A stretch of 20,000 bases of DNA, from the IMG/VR virus record IMGVR_UViG_3300032255_000165; one strand, given 5' to 3'. How positions within the stretch are numbered: the stretch's first letter is position 1; every line of letters begins with the position of its first letter. The translations under genes and the position numbers were made by a program. Origin of the DNA: an uncultured virus (IMG/VR IMGVR_UViG_3300032255_000165). Taxonomy: Duplodnaviria > Heunggongvirae > Uroviricota > Caudoviricetes. The notes under the pieces were generated by a model, which did not search any database, had not been told where the DNA came from, and saw only the letters and a program-made list of their open reading frames with translations. This document shows positions 17,281 to 20,000 of this stretch, piece after piece.

Positions 17281-17339
17281 GATATTTATCCGTCTGCTCC
17301 GGCATCGAAGCCGCAACCTTGGCTTGGCGAAAGAATTGA
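17277..17339 (+). pseudogene. N-terminal stub of a C5 cytosine DNA methyltransferase
   Basis: MRYLSVCSGIEAATLAWRKN then stop; matches motif I start of phage C5 methyltransferases; ATGA-coupled. Confidence 0.75.
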
Positions 17340-17389
17340 CGCCGTAAACAATTTAATAACAACCCGCAAAGTCGCGTGAGGAGAGTAGA

Positions 17390-17905
17390 GTGAATAAAGG
17401 TGCTTCAATTTCAACCTGTAAGAAATATCGCCGTTCATTATATAGAAGTTGGGGCGTAGGGAAAAAAGTTTGTTTTATTATGCTCAATCCGTCTACGGCG
17501 GATGGGATGGAAGACGACCCAACAATACGTCGGTGCATTAATTTTGCTAAATTGTGGGGGTATGACGGGATAGTCGTTAAAAACTTATTTGCCTACAGAG
17601 CCACCTCACCAAATGATATGAAGATTGCTTCCGACCCTATTGGCCCGGAAAATATGAATGACCTCCAAAATATTACAAGGTCCGTCGATATAGGTATGGT
17701 TGTCTGTGCGTGGGGTACTCACGGTGGGTATATGGGGCAAGACAAGGTTGTTATAAAAATGTTGTCCGATTTTGGGGTAAAACTCAACGCCATAAAAATA
17801 ACCAAAAGCGGGCATCCGTCACATCCCTTATATTTAAAAAACGATTTAATACCTTTTAGCTTTCCTAAACCAAAGGCAGCAGACCTGAACATGGAAGGGA
17901 TTTAA
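17390..17905 (+). CDS. DUF1643 family protein
   Basis: FIMLNPSTAD...DDPTIRRC, NLFAYRAT, CAWG, HPSHPLY. Confidence 0.88.
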   Translation: MNKGASISTCKKYRRSLYRSWGVGKKVCFIMLNPSTADGMEDDPTIRRCINFAKLWGYDGIVVKNLFAYRATSPNDMKIASDPIGPENMNDLQNITRSVDIGMVVCAWGTHGGYMGQDKVVIKMLSDFGVKLNAIKITKSGHPSHPLYLKNDLIPFSFPKPKAADLNMEGI

Positions 17906-17906
17906 A

Positions 17907-18668
17907 GTGACAAATTTAGGCCCAAAACCACGAATAGAATTTCATTCGCCGGACAAATTAATTATCGATGCCCGTTATCAAAGATCTATTTCAAGAACAG
18001 CAGGAAAAAAATTAATTGCAACAATTGTGAATGAATTTTATTGGCCGTTTTTTGGTGTTTTATCAGCAACAGACAACGGTGACGGCACATATTGCCTGAT
18101 TGACGGGCAACATCGAGCCGAAGCCGCACGTCAGCATCCAAACGTTCATTCGGTACCGGTTATGGTGATTGATGAAATGACGTTATCAGAACAAGCAAAA
18201 GCATTTGTGACTATGAACAAAAACAGGGTCCGACTCAGTGCGCTGCAAATCCACAAAGCCGCCGTTTTAGCCGGCGATAGAGATGCAGTGACCATAAACG
18301 AAATTACAAAAAAATTTGGCATTAAAATTCTTACCGGAAACAAATCATCCGTAAACATGAAGCCCGGACAAACATTAGCCGTCAGATCGCTTTATTCTAT
18401 CTTAAAAAAATACGGACCGCCCGGCCTTAATAGAACCATCAAAACCGTGATGATGGCATATGGTGAAACAATTGGTGATTTGCGGTCTTTTATATTTACA
18501 GCCACGGCACAGGCTGTGAACAGCCACCCAGATCACACCGATCAAATTGCTGAAGTTTTGGCGAATGATGATGCTGTATCTTGGCAAGAAAAAGCCAAAG
18601 TTAAAGCAAAATTTAACGGCACAAACGCGCGAAACCAACTAGCCATTATGTTGACGAAAAAAATTTAA
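17907..18668 (+). CDS. ParB N-terminal-like domain protein (DUF6551-like)
   Basis: IDARYQR and LIDGQHRAEAA motifs. Confidence 0.75.
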   Translation: MTNLGPKPRIEFHSPDKLIIDARYQRSISRTAGKKLIATIVNEFYWPFFGVLSATDNGDGTYCLIDGQHRAEAARQHPNVHSVPVMVIDEMTLSEQAKAFVTMNKNRVRLSALQIHKAAVLAGDRDAVTINEITKKFGIKILTGNKSSVNMKPGQTLAVRSLYSILKKYGPPGLNRTIKTVMMAYGETIGDLRSFIFTATAQAVNSHPDHTDQIAEVLANDDAVSWQEKAKVKAKFNGTNARNQLAIMLTKKI

Positions 18669-18712
18669 CTCTGCCGCCTGATTAGTCGATGAAATAACTT
18701 TGTGAATAAAAA

Positions 18713-19102
18713 ATGCCTCTGATTTTACCAGAACTATACACACTTGACGAAGTGATGACCGCGATCAACGCAAAAGAAAAGGTTGTTTCTAAGCGCACTC
18801 TTGAGTCTATCATACAAGAACTGGGTTTGACTGCCGGGCGTGGTCGATGCCGGGTGTTCAATATAAAACAGGCTAATCAGATATTGGAGCAAATCACATG
18901 CCGACATTCTATGAGCCAGGAAAACGTAAAAACAACAAAACCTGGGTGGCAAGAGGCCGCATCATCGGCAAACAATACGAGATTGTTACAGACGCGAAAA
19001 ACAAAAGCGCTGCGCGCCACGAATGGCGCGAATTCGAAACGGCCGTCCGCAACCGTGACGGACATCGGGCGCAAAAAGAGCCGACATTCACCGACGCCAT
19101 AA
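18713..19102 (+). CDS. Probable excisionase
   Basis: LYTLDEV HTH-like N-terminus; immediately upstream of and overlapping the integrase. Confidence 0.6.
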   Translation: MPLILPELYTLDEVMTAINAKEKVVSKRTLESIIQELGLTAGRGRCRVFNIKQANQILEQITCRHSMSQENVKTTKPGWQEAASSANNTRLLQTRKTKALRATNGANSKRPSATVTDIGRKKSRHSPTP

Positions 19103-19932
19103 CCGAATATCGGCAATTCGCCAACCCACGCCCCGCTGAAATGGCGTTCATCGAAAAACTTGAAAAATATTTCAAAGGTTGGCCGGTGGCCGGGGTCACC
19201 CATGCCGACATTGCTCGCGCCGCCAATGACCTATACCCGGGCCGCGCCAACGCCACAAAAAACAGACAGGTCTATACCCCGATGGGCGCTATCCTGCACT
19301 ATGCATCCGAAATTGGGATGCGTGATTATTTGGTGGTCAGAAAATTACCACAGACCAAGCCCGCCCGACGACGACCCGCAACCGGTACCATCGATAAATT
19401 ATTAAAAAATACAGACGGATATCAGCACCTGTTTTTATCGTTCATCTATTATCAAGGATGGCGCATTAGTGAAACACTTCATTTGCGATGGAATGAAACC
19501 GGTCATGATTCTTTCATCGATTTATCCAGCAAGGTTTTTGTTTTTTATATCCCCAAAGCCGACGCATGGAAGGTCCTGCCCATCCACGACCGAGTTTTTA
19601 TATTGCTTGTTTCCTTACCGGCCAATGAACGCCGCGGCAAAGTTTTTCCGTGGGCTTGTCGGTCCAGTGTTTATTCGTGGCTAAACCCACTGTGCGACAA
19701 ATTAAAAGTCAAATTCACACCCCATCAGGCGCGTCATGAATGGGCCACAGTCCGCAACGAAGACCAGTGCACAGCGGCCGATATGGTCAGCGCGAACACA
19801 TGGACATCCGAACGATCTGTGGCCGGATATACAGAGGTCACAATCGATCATGCACGGTCCGTTTTGAACCGTGGAAAAAGTCAAAAAATCGTATATTCGC
19901 GGGGAAAATCGAGGGGACGCCAATCTAAATGA
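18898..19932 (+). CDS. int: Tyrosine integrase
   Basis: GWRISE (R), IPK (K), HQARH (HxxR), W and VAGYT (Y); adjacent to tRNA fragment. Confidence 0.92.
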   Translation: MPTFYEPGKRKNNKTWVARGRIIGKQYEIVTDAKNKSAARHEWREFETAVRNRDGHRAQKEPTFTDAITEYRQFANPRPAEMAFIEKLEKYFKGWPVAGVTHADIARAANDLYPGRANATKNRQVYTPMGAILHYASEIGMRDYLVVRKLPQTKPARRRPATGTIDKLLKNTDGYQHLFLSFIYYQGWRISETLHLRWNETGHDSFIDLSSKVFVFYIPKADAWKVLPIHDRVFILLVSLPANERRGKVFPWACRSSVYSWLNPLCDKLKVKFTPHQARHEWATVRNEDQCTAADMVSANTWTSERSVAGYTEVTIDHARSVLNRGKSQKIVYSRGKSRGRQSK

Positions 19933-19956
19933 TTGTTTTAATTCAACATTCGATTA

Positions 19957-19997
19957 CCTTAGCAGGGGAGCGCCTTCAGCCACTCGGCCACCTCTCC
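19957..19997 (-). tRNA. 5' half of tRNA-Ser(GCT), truncated; att site
   Basis: GGAGAGGTGGCCGAGTGGCTGAAGGCGCTCCCCTGCTAAGG then diverges; anticodon stem cannot close; no T-arm or 3' acceptor strand. Confidence 0.85.
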
Positions 19998-20000
19998 GTT

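Larger units (their letters stand above)
1..19956. mobile_element. Lambda-like temperate prophage, partial (head to integrase)
   Basis: Portal, terminase, replication, CI/Cro switch and integrase in canonical order, ending at a tRNA fragment. Confidence 0.95.

Noticed and set aside
19900..19997. Intact or intron-containing tRNA-Ser
   Set aside because: No variable arm, T-arm or 3' acceptor strand follows; the sequence runs into the end of int

Overview
The window is about half of a lambda-like temperate prophage, probably from an alphaproteobacterium. It runs from the head genes to the integrase and attachment site. The minus strand carries, reading leftward from the switch: Cro-like, CII-like, small hypotheticals, DNA methyltransferase, primase, P4-type helicase, an iteron-rich origin-like region, a probable late regulator, a late promoter and terminator, a lambda-like cos, terminase small and large subunits, gpW, portal and a truncated S49 protease. 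The plus strand carries the CI repressor, a HigBA-type toxin-antitoxin pair flanked by a 34-bp direct repeat, and an early operon with gene remnants, DUF1643-like and ParB-like genes, xis and a tyrosine integrase. The window ends at a 5' half of tRNA-Ser(GCT). Most notable: (1) three counter-oriented genes each have an in-register open antisense frame coupled to the surrounding operon; (2) integration appears to duplicate the tRNA 5' end; (3) there is a Q-like promoter-terminator-cos layout. All family assignments come from motif recognition by eye, not database searches.
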